From positions 64,001 to 128,000 of the IMG/VR virus record IMGVR_UViG_3300030098_006570: a stretch of 64,000 bases of DNA. One strand, written 5' to 3'. Origin of the DNA: a virus. Positions 1 to 12,900 of the stretch are shown one piece after another. The notes beneath the pieces were generated by a model. It ran no database searches, was not told the origin of the DNA, and worked only from the letters and a program-made list of their open reading frames with translations. The translations under genes were made by a program, and so were the position numbers. Each line of letters starts with the position of its first letter. The first letter of the stretch is position 1.

Positions 1-456
1 GCGTACGTCGGAAACATTGGTTACTGACACCTGAGCCCTGGGAGGGCTGCCTAGGTTTTGTCCGTTTACTGTTCCCGCCACCGTATCACTGGCGGAGGTG
101 CCATGTTCGCCCGTAACGAATTGAAGAGAAAAAGCGCGGCTAGCATTATTCTGAACTCTATACTCAACAACAAATTGCCTCTGATCTCTCATGTTGTTCC
201 AGTTGTTTATGGCGGAGATGCCTACGGTTTGGGGTCCGGACTGATTGCTTGCTGGGTACGGCAACGGCCGGAGCCGGGCGTTGAGGGTGTATAACGTATC
301 ATGAAGGCCATCTTCATAGATGTTGAGAAAGGCCTGATTTACGCGCGACACAAAAGACGTAACGGTCAGCTGCTCGTCTTGCTGCATAACTATAGGGCCA
401 GCGGAGAACTTAGTTCCCGATGACTCCTCTACATCAATGTACCAATGATATCCCAT
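1..456 (-). CDS. Hypothetical, probably virion protein (3'-truncated by window edge)
   Basis: Not in the ORF track. ATG at 456 (MGYHWYIDVEESSG...) stays open to position 1, and a TCTATTTA motif lies upstream at 475-482. Confidence 0.7.
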   Translation of the reverse strand, partial: MGYHWYIDVEESSGTKFSAGPIVMQQDEQLTVTSFVSRVNQAFLNIYEDGLHDTLYTLNARLRPLPYPASNQSGPQTVGISAINNWNNMRDQRQFVVEYRVQNNASRAFSLQFVTGEHGTSASDTVAGTVNGQNLGSPPRAQVSVTNVSDVR

Positions 457-470
457 AGTTTATCCCAATC

Positions 471-3038
471 CTAATAAATAGAATTACCTATATCATTCAC
501 CATATCGGACACGTCGCGGAAGCCCGAAACATCTGTAAATTCCGTGTCGTAGCCGTCGACCATGTCGGTCGGTGGTTCAAAGCCGCCCGTGCCGTATGGG
601 GAGAGAGGATTAGTAACCGTTCCTGCCTGGGCGCCCCCATACATCTGGAATGGCGCCTGGGGGCCACCTTGGCCTCCGACGCCCAATTCCTGTAGAATCC
701 TCTGCTCGAGGTTTCCGGCGGCGAGAGCACCTGCCTGCTCCACGTTCTCAAAAAGCTCTTGTATCCCGGCGATGCGGTCTCCTGGGCCTGGGTTGGTACC
801 TTGACCGGTTGGGCCTGTTCCAGCAACCGGCGTCTGGCCAGAGAGATCAAATTGCGTTATTCCAGTAGGGGTGCCCTGCGCGGGCCCGGCAGTCAACTCC
901 ACTCCTGGGAGCCCGAGGGCTGGGGCGGCAAACATGCCGCCGACGGCGCCCCCCGACGGGTTTCCTTCGAAGCCGTAACCCCTTTTAAAAATAAGATTGA
1001 CTCGATCTAGTTTTTCGGATTCACCGAAATCTGAGCCGGATGCAACATATTGCCACTGCTCTAACGTCAGAGAGTCTGCATTAGCTGGATCAACTGCAAA
1101 ATACCCCTTTAGCTGAGTAAAACTATTCGTGTCTGCATTGGGATTATAGTAGGGTCGGATCTCCTGCGAAACATAACTATCGGCAACCACAGAAGGGACC
1201 GTAGGACGATAGAACCCCAAAGCATTCCCAACTGCGCGGCCGTAGCCGGAAAACTCACTCGTATAAATCTGCAGATCATCATAGTAATAACGATTTCCAA
1301 ATACCACCCGGATCTGCTGAATATCGTACTGATAGCGCACCCCATAGCGAACCTGGGAATCAACATACTGCAATGGCCCTCCATCGACAATTCGAGGAGA
1401 AAGATAAATAGTTTGAGCCGGCTGAGAGGCGCGATTGCCCTGGGCATCTACCACATATTTGTCGACTTTGTATAGCAGTGTTTCGGAAAAAGCGCCCTCA
1501 TTCTGCGTTACCTCTTCCCAATTTCGCTGTGGTAGTACGATGGCGCCGGCGCCAATCTTATCGTAAAAGTCCTGAACGGCGTCGGGATCTGGCGGGTCGA
1601 AAACCGCATTATTCGAACTATCTGTGGTCCATCGGTCTGTGTCCGCATAGTTTCGCAACAACACCACGTTATCAATAGTACTGATAGTTGGCAGAGCACT
1701 GATATTCGTAGAAATTCTATCGGATAAGCTTTGAGCCGAAGAAGCTAGGACGTCGTCCCTACTAAGCGAATCTGTTGTGCATGCAGTAATCGGCATAGAA
1801 GAGACATTTTGAACAGGAGCATTCTGGGGGCCTGCGCGGAGGGCAAAGTCAATCGAACCTACTGGTGCGACGCCCTCAAGATGTTGAATGATGTGCATTT
1901 GAAGAATATCAATAAAGCTTTCTGCGTCAAAATCGGGTATGAGATACAGCCCCTGCAAAAAAGAATTTGCTGCTATGGGGCTCGGCGTGCCGGCCGGAGT
2001 CGGGGTGCCCCCTTCTGTCGCCCTAAACTCATCTTGCCCAATCTTAACAATATTATAAAATGGCAGAAATATTAAGCCCGATGTTATCCCGTCGCCCCTG
2101 GTAAGATTATTAATGGCCTCTACATCACTATTGAGCACCGCAATATTTTTAGCCATATTGGTAAACTGGACTTGCAATGCGTTGTAGTTTGTTTCACTAG
2201 CTTTGACAGCCGACAGTGACGTTGCATATGTTTGGTAGTAAGATTTTGATGTAGTTTCGGTATATCCACCTATATCTCCCACAAACCAATCCTCAATACG
2301 ATTGGGATTTCCCGTTTCGGCAAAGAGCGTAATCATTTTATAATAGTCAGTAGTATACGCCTGGCTGCCCGTATTTTGTAATTCTGCCTCAAAAACGTAA
2401 TAATTGGGCAACACCATCTCGGGCACATCAGCCGTGACATTTTCATAGGGAGGCATAGTGTCTAAGAACGTATTGTAGACAGGCTCCACATCAATTTCTA
2501 GCCCACCCTCTAAACGTTCTTCCATATCTTCTGAGGGCTTCAGATAGACAAAGGTATGATCAAGAAAACTCTCGCCAGGATTACTAAACACAGGCTCTAC
2601 GCTGCCATACTGAGATGGCATGCCCTCTTCGAGATAGTATGAATAATAGGGATTTCCCTCATTTATGCCAGGATCTTGTATGTACGCTCGAAGAAGGTTG
2701 TTTGTTGAATTAACAATGCTGGCGTTGTTCCACTCAGTGTTATCTGGCTCAAGAAGAAATGAATCTAATGTAGCCGGGGCGTTTCCCAAGTCAGTTACTG
2801 GTGCGGACGATAATTCTGTAACGTGTAGGGGGACCCCTACCGAAGTGTTGGTACTATAATTATCCCAGGTCTCAGATGCAAGATACTGACCCATGACTCC
2901 TCGGAACCTATCGTCAGTGCCCCAACTCTCTCTAATGAACTTGTTTCCCTGTGCACCTATGTTGTCGCGAGTTCTCGTCCCCAAGCGCTCACTGTTGGTA
3001 AGCAGCTGCGGGTCGCGTGTGAGAGGATCCTGTGACAT
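471..3038 (-). CDS. Hypothetical virion structural protein (855 aa)
   Basis: Long acidic ORF, tightly abutting neighbours in the structural operon, with a G/P/Q-rich C-terminus. Confidence 0.65.
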   Translation of the reverse strand: MSQDPLTRDPQLLTNSERLGTRTRDNIGAQGNKFIRESWGTDDRFRGVMGQYLASETWDNYSTNTSVGVPLHVTELSSAPVTDLGNAPATLDSFLLEPDNTEWNNASIVNSTNNLLRAYIQDPGINEGNPYYSYYLEEGMPSQYGSVEPVFSNPGESFLDHTFVYLKPSEDMEERLEGGLEIDVEPVYNTFLDTMPPYENVTADVPEMVLPNYYVFEAELQNTGSQAYTTDYYKMITLFAETGNPNRIEDWFVGDIGGYTETTSKSYYQTYATSLSAVKASETNYNALQVQFTNMAKNIAVLNSDVEAINNLTRGDGITSGLIFLPFYNIVKIGQDEFRATEGGTPTPAGTPSPIAANSFLQGLYLIPDFDAESFIDILQMHIIQHLEGVAPVGSIDFALRAGPQNAPVQNVSSMPITACTTDSLSRDDVLASSAQSLSDRISTNISALPTISTIDNVVLLRNYADTDRWTTDSSNNAVFDPPDPDAVQDFYDKIGAGAIVLPQRNWEEVTQNEGAFSETLLYKVDKYVVDAQGNRASQPAQTIYLSPRIVDGGPLQYVDSQVRYGVRYQYDIQQIRVVFGNRYYYDDLQIYTSEFSGYGRAVGNALGFYRPTVPSVVADSYVSQEIRPYYNPNADTNSFTQLKGYFAVDPANADSLTLEQWQYVASGSDFGESEKLDRVNLIFKRGYGFEGNPSGGAVGGMFAAPALGLPGVELTAGPAQGTPTGITQFDLSGQTPVAGTGPTGQGTNPGPGDRIAGIQELFENVEQAGALAAGNLEQRILQELGVGGQGGPQAPFQMYGGAQAGTVTNPLSPYGTGGFEPPTDMVDGYDTEFTDVSGFRDVSDMVNDIGNSIY

Positions 3039-5978
3039 TTATTCTTCCACCTTTAGAGGCTTCATCGGAGCCACCTTATTAATTATCTCTTTATTGGAAA
3101 TTCTGGTGGCGGATATGAGGGGAGTTGTGATTTGCCAAGTTGGGACATTTGCAATGGGATTGTCCACATTGACACTAACATCTTTCTCACTACGATGAAT
3201 TAACTGTTGTATCGCTTCATAAAAAGTTCGATAAGGAATATAATTTCGATCCGTAGAGGCCATCGAGGCGTTACCTACCAAGAACAGATTGTCATAATCC
3301 GACAAACCTAAGAGGTTCCCCCCGGAGGTTACATTCGTGGTCTCCTGTAGTCGACACAATAAGAGTGTATTATTCTGACGAGCAAGAGCATAAAGTTCCT
3401 CCGTCAGCAAAGTCCATCTAGGCTGGTCAATCATGACCGTTCCATTGCCAGATGTCTGATACCCGTTGAAATACTCGACTCTCTTGATAGAGTTGAGGTT
3501 AATTCCCGTGGTTGCCAAATTATGACTAGGCACCAATTGAGGATCTACTTGGGCTTTTTTTGCGGCTAAAGAGGTGGCAACCCCCTCTAGATTGACAGCT
3601 TTGACATCTTGTCTAAAGCCCGCTATAGCGCTATTGAGCAGAACCGCCACTAGACCCGAAGATCGAATTCGTATAAAAGCGTTATTTTTCTCAGGGGACG
3701 CGTAGTGTAAGATGTTCTGCTCCGAGCCCGATATATTAGCCTGTGTTGTAGCCCCATCCCGAACAAAAACAGATCCTGAGGAGAGATATGTCGAAGAATC
3801 GACAGCACGCAAATTTGCGGCTTCGGCGCTTGTGGCCGTAGGAAGTCTTCGTACAGTTTTGATGTCCTGCGCAAGAGGAGTCACTGAAATACCAGAAGCG
3901 CCCAGAATCGAATCAATGTCCCCAACCGGGGGCGAATCTGCACCCACGGTGGTATGAAAAGATAGCTGAGATGTCGTAGGCCGAATCTTGGTGGCCAGCA
4001 AGTCTACCGTATTCTGGAGTCCCACATCAAACATTGATGTATCGATAACGTTCGTCGGGGTATTTATCCTCTTAGGTGTAAGATAGCCAGCCTTATTGAC
4101 TTGAGCAGCGTTAGGGCCCTCGACCTTAAATTTACTAATTTCGGCCCCTAGGCGTCCCTGAAATTGTGTATGAGGAATTCTGCTAAGGCCCCGGGTTTCC
4201 GTAACCAAATTCTCGTCTAAGTAGTCAAATCCGGTCTGGGCATCATGGGTGTTTTCATACGTGTTGGGAAAGACCCGCTGGTACTGAACTCTGCGCGCTG
4301 AGGACGTTGATGTGCTCATTTTAGATCTCACGCTAAATTTAGCGCTGCTCTTGCCCAAGGTAGGCGCCATGACGACCTGGTTAAGAGCGGAGTAAAAGGA
4401 GCGCACGAGCGCGCCAACTTCACGAATATTGGAAATGCTCCCGTTACTAGGATTTGACAACGAGAGAAGGTTTTTGCGCCAGGTAGCCATCGAGTGACTC
4501 CCAAACGCTGCGCGTCCGAAAACAAAAACCACACATGCTAAATAAGTATCCAACAAGCCTTTCCAGGCAGCATCCTGCCGAAGAACCAGCCCTTGCGCTC
4601 GAAGGCGGCGGTTAACCTCTCTAGTATCGGAGCCATGTTGGGCGTTCTCCATTCTGCTCACCCACTTATCATAATCTGTTAATGCTTTCTTGAGCTGACG
4701 AAGGAGATAATGTAACGCGCCCACGCTATTGTCAACACCCGTAATTTCTAGAGTATACTCATAAGTTCCACCGTCTTTAGAGGCTATCTCTACGTCTGTG
4801 GCGACATAGTTGGTAACCCCGGCGGCCTGATTTGCGAAGTCCACACCAACTATGGTTCCGTCCTTCTGAGATGCGACCAACTTTGGAGCGCTCTGTGCCT
4901 TTACTCCACAGATATTCAACTTACCTGGAGTGAGAGCAGTCGCAGAGATATTGGGTCGGATTCTCGTGCGATAAAGCCTAATATCCTCAACCTCAAAACA
5001 ACTGTTGAGAGCCTCCTTGTTGGCAACCAAAAAATTGAGCCGAGTGTTCGCCTGAACAAATTGTTTGTAGTTGATCGCGAACATAGCTTTCAGAACGTTT
5101 GTGCGAGTCCGAGAAAAATAAATATCAGATACCCCGGTGCTCGTCTTTCCAACCACGTTCCGAATGACTTGCGCATCCTTAGTCATGCGCCGATTAAGTG
5201 TCAGTGTAACCTCACTCAACCGCGAGATAAGTTTCCCCTGCTCAGACATAAAAGACTTATCTTGCATCTTTTGATTTGAAACTACAGAAGAAACCAAATA
5301 TGGATGCTTGTCGGCAACATGAGTGGGGCCGGCCATGACGCGGCCGTTGTGACGATGAATGGGCCCTGACCAAATGTCGCCCTTCTTGCCATACCCTTCC
5401 ACTGACTCGCCAAGACGATAAACCATCCCCATAGTGGACACTCTATTTTCTATATAGATGGTCTCAACTGCTGGATATCCTATCTTTATCGCTCGAATCT
5501 TAGTGCTCACACCCGACTGTGTAACATCCTGAGGGTTTACTTTATAGGCAACAGCATAAACATAAAGATTAGGCCACTCGTCGCGGCGTAAATCTGGCAG
5601 CGTTACGCGGACTCGGCGCTGTGAGATGGCGGTAGCTGTGGCTTTCTCCACTACGACCTGTTCATTAAACTGTTTTGTAGTCTTGCTTAGGTCCCCAGGC
5701 AGGTACATTTTGCGAGATTCTTTTGTCTGCATCCCATCGTCAGCTATGCAGTGCTTGACGACAGATTCTTGTTGCATCAGGCCTGCAATCGCTGAATCAT
5801 CATCACTGAATACTAACATGACTCGGTAGGGAGACACAAGACTCCAGGATGTAGGTACCTGATATAGCAACTCTATCTCAACTTTATTGATACCCATTTC
5901 AGGCATCGCACGAAAATTGATCTGGTCGATCACCACATTGGGCAATGAGTCGCGGTATAGGCCGGGGGCAGCGTCCAT
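3039..5978 (-). CDS. Hypothetical virion structural protein (979 aa)
   Basis: Long ORF translationally coupled to both neighbours. Confidence 0.65.
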   Translation of the reverse strand: MDAAPGLYRDSLPNVVIDQINFRAMPEMGINKVEIELLYQVPTSWSLVSPYRVMLVFSDDDSAIAGLMQQESVVKHCIADDGMQTKESRKMYLPGDLSKTTKQFNEQVVVEKATATAISQRRVRVTLPDLRRDEWPNLYVYAVAYKVNPQDVTQSGVSTKIRAIKIGYPAVETIYIENRVSTMGMVYRLGESVEGYGKKGDIWSGPIHRHNGRVMAGPTHVADKHPYLVSSVVSNQKMQDKSFMSEQGKLISRLSEVTLTLNRRMTKDAQVIRNVVGKTSTGVSDIYFSRTRTNVLKAMFAINYKQFVQANTRLNFLVANKEALNSCFEVEDIRLYRTRIRPNISATALTPGKLNICGVKAQSAPKLVASQKDGTIVGVDFANQAAGVTNYVATDVEIASKDGGTYEYTLEITGVDNSVGALHYLLRQLKKALTDYDKWVSRMENAQHGSDTREVNRRLRAQGLVLRQDAAWKGLLDTYLACVVFVFGRAAFGSHSMATWRKNLLSLSNPSNGSISNIREVGALVRSFYSALNQVVMAPTLGKSSAKFSVRSKMSTSTSSARRVQYQRVFPNTYENTHDAQTGFDYLDENLVTETRGLSRIPHTQFQGRLGAEISKFKVEGPNAAQVNKAGYLTPKRINTPTNVIDTSMFDVGLQNTVDLLATKIRPTTSQLSFHTTVGADSPPVGDIDSILGASGISVTPLAQDIKTVRRLPTATSAEAANLRAVDSSTYLSSGSVFVRDGATTQANISGSEQNILHYASPEKNNAFIRIRSSGLVAVLLNSAIAGFRQDVKAVNLEGVATSLAAKKAQVDPQLVPSHNLATTGINLNSIKRVEYFNGYQTSGNGTVMIDQPRWTLLTEELYALARQNNTLLLCRLQETTNVTSGGNLLGLSDYDNLFLVGNASMASTDRNYIPYRTFYEAIQQLIHRSEKDVSVNVDNPIANVPTWQITTPLISATRISNKEIINKVAPMKPLKVEE

Positions 5979-6958
5979 TAGCAGGGCTCCTCTTCAATGG
6001 TTGTGTAGAGATCGCGCACAATATTGAGTCGATTAGCATTTCGTAGGACCGCATCACGCGTAAGTCCCACACTATCTAGGATGTCGCTCGGAATTATATC
6101 ATCATGTGTAAGCCTCATATAATATTCCACATTTGGAACTTCTCCACTTTCCAGCGAAGATGGGCTTTGAATAATATTGGGGTTATCGTTGAGAAAATTA
6201 AGTTGAGTCAAAAGATTATCCGGATGAATATAGTACACCTCTACGTCATAATTTTCCATTTGAAATGGTGTGTTCTTCTCTAAGACATCTAAAATCAAGA
6301 AATTTTTTACCAAAGCCAAAGTTGCCGGGGCCTCTCCGGTGGAACCCGTGGGGAACGGAAGACTGATAGATTGCGGATCCTCCTCGGGCGCGAAATACGT
6401 TTGATAATCCAACTCAATCTCTAACTGGGGGATATCCATAATGACACCACTTGTGCTCCCGGTAATATAACTGGCTGTCAAATTAGTCACCATATATCCC
6501 CGAGATCCTGTGCTCTGAATTGTGGTCTCGTTACGATTCATAACATTGACTGACCAAGCGGCATCATATTGTGAAGTCAAAGCGGACGTTCCTAAGGGAA
6601 AGGAAGCCAGATTGTTAACAGACTGAAAAGGTTGTTGCATATTGAAGTCATCAACTTTATTAGCGGGGTCGGAGGACTGATCCCAGGTCGAAGAAGTTAC
6701 GTTACTCAGAAACTCATCTACTCGGGTTTGTGCGCCGGAACGATTAGCTATCACCTTTAGGTTGGGAGTTTCAAAGCGAATACGCTGATCGATACTATTT
6801 TGGCTAGCACCACCATCAGCATAAAAATCGTTATAGAGAATTTCCTCATCAAAGAAACCGTAGTAAGCTGGATCGAGGGCGCCCTGAGACAGTAAGTATT
6901 TACCATACTCGGTCAGCTGCAGTTCAATTACTTCTTCCTTTTTATTGAAAAATTCCAT
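5978..6958 (-). CDS. Hypothetical virion/baseplate-region protein (326 aa)
   Basis: N-terminus MEFFNKKEEVIELQLTEYGKYLLSQG...YYGFFDEEILY; operon context. Confidence 0.6.
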   Translation of the reverse strand: MEFFNKKEEVIELQLTEYGKYLLSQGALDPAYYGFFDEEILYNDFYADGGASQNSIDQRIRFETPNLKVIANRSGAQTRVDEFLSNVTSSTWDQSSDPANKVDDFNMQQPFQSVNNLASFPLGTSALTSQYDAAWSVNVMNRNETTIQSTGSRGYMVTNLTASYITGSTSGVIMDIPQLEIELDYQTYFAPEEDPQSISLPFPTGSTGEAPATLALVKNFLILDVLEKNTPFQMENYDVEVYYIHPDNLLTQLNFLNDNPNIIQSPSSLESGEVPNVEYYMRLTHDDIIPSDILDSVGLTRDAVLRNANRLNIVRDLYTTIEEEPC

Positions 6959-6960
6959 AA

Positions 6961-9900
6961 CTATCTCTTCTTTTTCCCAGTCGTGCGGCGACGTGTTTTA
7001 CGCTTTGATGACTTTCGCGGCGCTCGATCTCCGTCCACACTAAAGCGAGGAGCAGTATCTACTGGCCTTCGGCGCTCAATCTCCAAGGCCTGAGGCTCAG
7101 GTGTTACCGAGGCCTGGGGGGTGGTGTTGGGGATTGACCCAATCATAGACGCCGGCATCGGGGCGGCACTAATGGTGGGAGTCGTGGGTGCTTCGGGGTT
7201 ATACATAATCGTAGCGGTGCCTGTTGATTGAACATCGCGCGATGCCCACTGGACATCCTGTTCGATCTGTGCTAGTTCTACTAGCGAACAGTAGTCGTAA
7301 GGCCAGTTATAACTATACTTTTCATCAATATATACGGGCATGGAGGCGGTATTAGAAGTTTCCAATGCACGGCGATTACGCTCAAAATCAATAGCGACGC
7401 GTTTCTTGACCTTGAAAACCATCCAGCGGAGATCTGTCGCCTCTCCTAGAAGGAGATCGAGCAGCTCTCTTTCTTCTACAATAACTTCAGAGGTCGTAAA
7501 TTTCGATCCAATTTCAGGCAACAAGTTTTGCCAAATATTCGCGATATCTTGCTGGGACATGTCAGTACCAAATTCAAACACATACATGAGAATCGGGTCT
7601 ACTGTACTAAACTTCGTAAAGTCGAATCGAGGCGGGAAATTATATTTAGACATCATCGCCTTCAAGTTGCGGTAAGCATGAGAATTTTTGTATTTATCCA
7701 TGCTAATAAAACGCCGATTATTCTGGATAATTTCAAAGGGCACGGCAACAACGGCTTCTTCCCAGCGGAACTCCCTTTTTACAGTGCCCACGCGGCGAGA
7801 CGTCACAGGGAACCCTACAAGCTTTGCCAAGGAAAGAGGTGCATCAGCTGCCCCAATGCCGCGGCCGGCCGCGCGCGCCGCAGACTCAGCTTCCGCTAGG
7901 CTTAAAAACACCCCTTCTTTGTCGGCGGAAGGGACACGACCATATTGGTGCCATAGTCCATGGGTCAATACTGTGTCGGCGCCGTCGCTCGTGAAAGGTC
8001 CGCGATGCAACGGATAGGAGGCTGGGGGTGCTGGGTTCCATCCACCAGGTGTCGAGGCGCTTTGAACGTTGAGAATAGGGGTCTCAAACTTACTTTGGAT
8101 GAGCCAGCGGAATTTTTGGTCGACCGTCCCTGAAACAATTTCCCCTAGTGCTTCCGTGAAATTGTAACAAGCGTCCAAATGCATAATCCCAGGACTTGGG
8201 GGCCCATACTGAGCGAGGGTATAACCGGCACCACCCTTCGAAGAAATGCCATAAGGGGCCGCATATCCGGAAGCGGTCACATAAGTCTGAGATGCGCTGT
8301 TCTCCTGACGCATGTAATTGATACTTAGTCCGCCAAATATGTCGGCCAAGGCTGGGCGCCCGTCGTAGGAGGCAGTATACACCAGTTCCGCTTCGGCATA
8401 ACCCCCCATATAAGGCGGAGTTACATGCATATAACTTGGTGTGGCGCCGCCAGAGCCAGAAACACCTACGATGGGCTGCCCAAACGCCGACTGGCGCCTA
8501 TACATGTCAAAAGTTCCATACGCCGGGTCAGTGGGATCTCCGGAGGTTCCGAAGGAGGCAGCGCCCAACTGTGATCTTGCCAGCTTCACCCTCATGGTGT
8601 ACACAGAACCCGATTTAGCTACCCCAAAACTGTCCTCTCGCGCGGAGACAAAAGAACTAAACTTGTCTACGAAAATATCAGAAGCAGCACACAAAAAGTT
8701 GTCGATGGCCAAGCTATACAGCCTGTCTGCTTGGAAAGTCGTCATGTCGACGGACATCTGTTTCGGAGTACCGGACTGCGCGTAGATCCAGGAGTTTGCC
8801 GCCGCCAAACTAACACTTTGCGATGGAGCTGTCGAGTACACAAAGGGGTACTGCGGGGCAGCTCCGGAAAGGGATCCAAGACTTGTGGGACTAAAGAACG
8901 TCTCAGGCTTGTACAAAGTCTCGAAAGGAACGCGATTGATCACATACCCCCTGTTAAGGCCCGTCTGTGCGGCATTGACAACAGCACAGTCTTGCATAAC
9001 TAAGGTTCCCTCCGGAAGTATGACGCGAGAGCGACCGGCGTATCCGGCGGCGGCCGCGGCGTTGCCCGACAACATCGGATCCACTAACTTGCCGTCTTGC
9101 CCATTCACTACGCAGAAATGAGATACCCCAATCCCCGACTTAATAGTGTTGTACAAAATGCCCGGGGAAAACATCATTTCATAGGGAATTGAGGAGACCA
9201 TCTTTTGCGCACCGAGTACACTGCTCGCCTGGAGGATGGTTTTTTGTACAGATTGAGAAAACAGGGTTGCCAACTCTAGGGTGCGCTCAATCGGGAAAAA
9301 CCCCTTATATGGCAGTAACTTCAGAAATGCCTTGCAACTTAAGCTAATCTTGTCACGTGTAATGGTAAGATCCCCGGAACGCTGTTCTTGAAGGTCTTCA
9401 TCAATAACCGAAAAATACTTCATAAAATCGGAGTTACTATACACCTTATAGAAATCTTGCCCACTGCTATTGGGGATTTCGGCACCAGTGAGGCTGAAAA
9501 TGTCATCAATGCTTGCTAAGAAGTCACCCTCTTTTTTCTCAATATAGGTGGACATATGATCGCTAATTCTGAACTCAGGAAGAAGAGAATAATCCTTAGC
9601 ACTGGCGCGGAGTTCCTCTGCATAGGCAGTGGCCTCGTAATATGGCACCAAACCTGCTTGGCGGTAAGCAGTAAAGGGTGCATCACCGGCGATAACTGGC
9701 CGACTGCCGGCCGTCGCGCTAGCAGAGCCAAGGTATATGGGAGTTGAATAAATGGGTCCTGGGCGACGGGTATTGTCGGTTCCGAGGTACTCAGCAGCAG
9801 GGTCTGCAACATACCGAGTATAGTTGGCCTGCAATTCTCCCGCGCCATCATTGATACCAAGAACCGATGAAGTGGAAGCATAATTATTATGCCCATCGAT

Positions 9901-12900
9901 TGGCCAAATACTTTGGCTGGCCGTGGCATATCCCATTGACCCCGTCAGACCTCCTTCGGAGCTTCGGACAGAGCGAATATTATTCCAAATGTTCTTGATA
10001 CTATAATTTGGCCGCATTCGCACAACCCGGCTATAAGCGTTAATATCAGCCGGATAAACACGCTGCTTGTAGTTCGCTACAACACTCAGGCCACTGTTCC
10101 GCGTAAAATCAGTAATGGTCTTGAGTGGCTGATGGTCATCTACTGGTTTACCGAGATTGAGTCGGTTGTTGAGGCCTTCATTGGTGAAATATCCGAGGTT
10201 GTTGGCGTAACTCACCTTTAGTGAAATATTATTTCTAGGGTCTGAATTTTCCGTGTTATCCTGGAATGCAAAATAAACTGGGCGTGCACTGCTTGCAACT
10301 GGGCGCTCTACATAATCCACAAATTGTGTGGGCTTCAGCCCCTCAACATACCCTCGAAGTCCCGAGCGAACCAAGGTGGAGCCCGAATAGACGTAAGACA
10401 TCTTGGGTACCTTGGGGGGCGGCAGAACGGTGCCGATTTTGTTGGCTTTACGGAGAGCGCGCGCCATAGGACTCTCACCCACTCGAATTTGCTTCCAGCT
10501 GGGATATCCATAGGCCCCGTTGCGAGCAAGGTTTAGTGCATTAGTAGCCTTGGCTCGTGGAATATTCACCAAGCGCTGGACGGAAGACGAACCCGCTGTA
10601 TGAGTACGAGTATTGAGGGAATCTTTAACGACCAAATTCAAAGCAGTGAAAGAGCTAGTATAGGGAACACCACTTTCTGAATATGATGCGCCTGACACCA
10701 ACTGCGTCAAACTATTCGCTGTGGTACAGCTGGGGGATTCCAGACCAAAAATAGTTGAACCAAACGCTAAGGAAGCCGTGATCCAAGAATACTGCTGCGT
10801 GGAGCGTGGAATCTGGTGTTGCACATAGAGGTTGTCGTAGACAGTCCCCGTGATATATCCTCCAGAAGCGCTCACAATGCGCTTACGTGGGTTTCTGTTC
10901 GTCTTATGCCACGACGGGATGGTCACGTAGGTAGAAGCCGGCACAGAGCCGTAGGCGGCGTCGTGTCCGAACTGTCCACAATGAAGGGTTGCGCGCTGGT
11001 CCAAACCACGGTTCTTGTCGATCTGGTCAATTACTGTGATAGTTTTTTCTGCCAGTGGGTCAACTGATGCCGATCCCGAAAGGCCATAGTCCAACAGTGA
11101 GAGGTTGTGATAAGGAAGAGCGTTATAGACCGAAAGAGCCTCGTGAGCCGGGTCCATATATCCGAGCGACATCACTTCATAACCAGATCCAGCAAAGCGA
11201 TTTACGAAAACGGTGTGTTGTGAGTTAGAGCCCGTGCGGGAAGGGAGAAGGTAATTAAGGGCGCCCCCCGGGTTTGCGGTATTATTATAAAGAGCCGCGG
11301 GTTCGGGTCTAAGAGCGTTCACGATTGGAGGCGAAACCTCTTTAACTCCCTCCTCATCCGGAGTGCTGCCAAAATTTGTTGGGACGGCTTCGAAGAAGGA
11401 ACCTCCAACTTGATCTACAAAAATGCCACCTGCGGGCGGCTGGCCGGCGTAGTCAAGTCCTAGTTTCCACCAGTTTATTAGGGTCGCGCTACCGCCGAGG
11501 CTGACGGAGGCGAGATCTGGTCGTGTACCCGAATTATACATCGCAGAAACGCCGGCTAAAGTGGGGAGCCCTGTCATTACTGCTACATCGCACATATAGC
11601 CGTTGAACGGATTGGCAAACTGGGCGCTATCGCCTATTTGTGCTCCTGAGTCGAAAGAAACTGTCGTCCAATCAACAGCATCGGTGCCGGCTGCGGCCGT
11701 TGATTCGACACCGTTAATACATATGCTGATGGTCTCGCCGGCTGAAGAGTCGATCGCTCCCTCGGGCACCCTGACTACGACATGATTCCAAGTATAGTCA
11801 GAGACTCCCGAACTGCGCGCATATGAAGTCTTGGGGGCTGCATCTTTGACGTCTGCATAAATGGTATTTACCCCCCCATTGACATAAAGGTATATACTAA
11901 TTCCCTGGGAAGAGAAAATTCCGGATTGAATCGTGCCTATCTGAAAGAGTCTTTTGTTGTTGCTTGGATCAACGGTATTATAATACCAGAAGGCTATGGT
12001 GAAGCCGGTCGTAGCCACGTCGGCGAAGGCAGTACTCCAGTTGTCCTGCGAGCCCGCGTCGAGTCGGGTATCGTCGGCTGCATAAAACTTTAACGATGTG
12101 GGAGGCGATGGAGAAAGCGGCACAAAGAGCGGGAAGCGGCCGCGGGTGGCCAGAGTTTCGGGATAGGGCGCAAAATTGAAAGATTGGTCATTGAAAAATG
12201 GATCATTCAATTCGCGGCCAGCTGTCTGAACAACCTGATAGTTCTTCTCATAGTTGCCAATAATGGTGGAACCGGTTGTCATCTTAATGTTGCGAATGTT
12301 TACCGGTCGCTTGGCATATTCTTCGCGGGCCAAGTTTGCCTTGGGCCTGTTAAGCAAGTAACCACGGGGCGCCGACCCCGACGCTGATGTAGCATCAGGA
12401 TACTGAGGACCTACGATACCCAAGGCCCCGCTTCCCTGAGATACCGCTGCCTCACAAAGTCCCAACTTAAGCATCCACCCTTCAGCGCGAGTGTCACGAC
12501 TATCTAAATTGTTTTTTCCCGGGTTGGAAGCTTTCTGGACGTTGATGTCCTGGTGGCGATACTGCCACCCACCTACGTATTTTTCTGTGAACGGGCCCTG
12601 CAGAGGTATATCGTTAGTGTGTACAATATCGTGATGTAGGTTGGTGATTGTGACGCCAGAATGATAAAGGTTGATAACATCCTGGTTAAATCCGCTCTTT
12701 ACCGAAGAGCTATACAAACTAAATGGCGCCAGAATATTGCCGTCCATCTTGTTTTTAGTGGAGCTTTTATTACCCAAAGGAGCGCCCCGGTTAATATCAG
12801 GGTTGATGCCGAAGCCTAGGCGCTGCTTTAATGTGGGATAATAAATATCATTAGTGTCGATCAGTTGTTCCACATCATCTTGGAAGGACAACATGATATT

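Noticed and set aside
1405-1412. Intragenic ACTATTTA copy
   Set aside because: Deep inside a CDS with no nearby start; treated as chance, and a caution on motif specificity.
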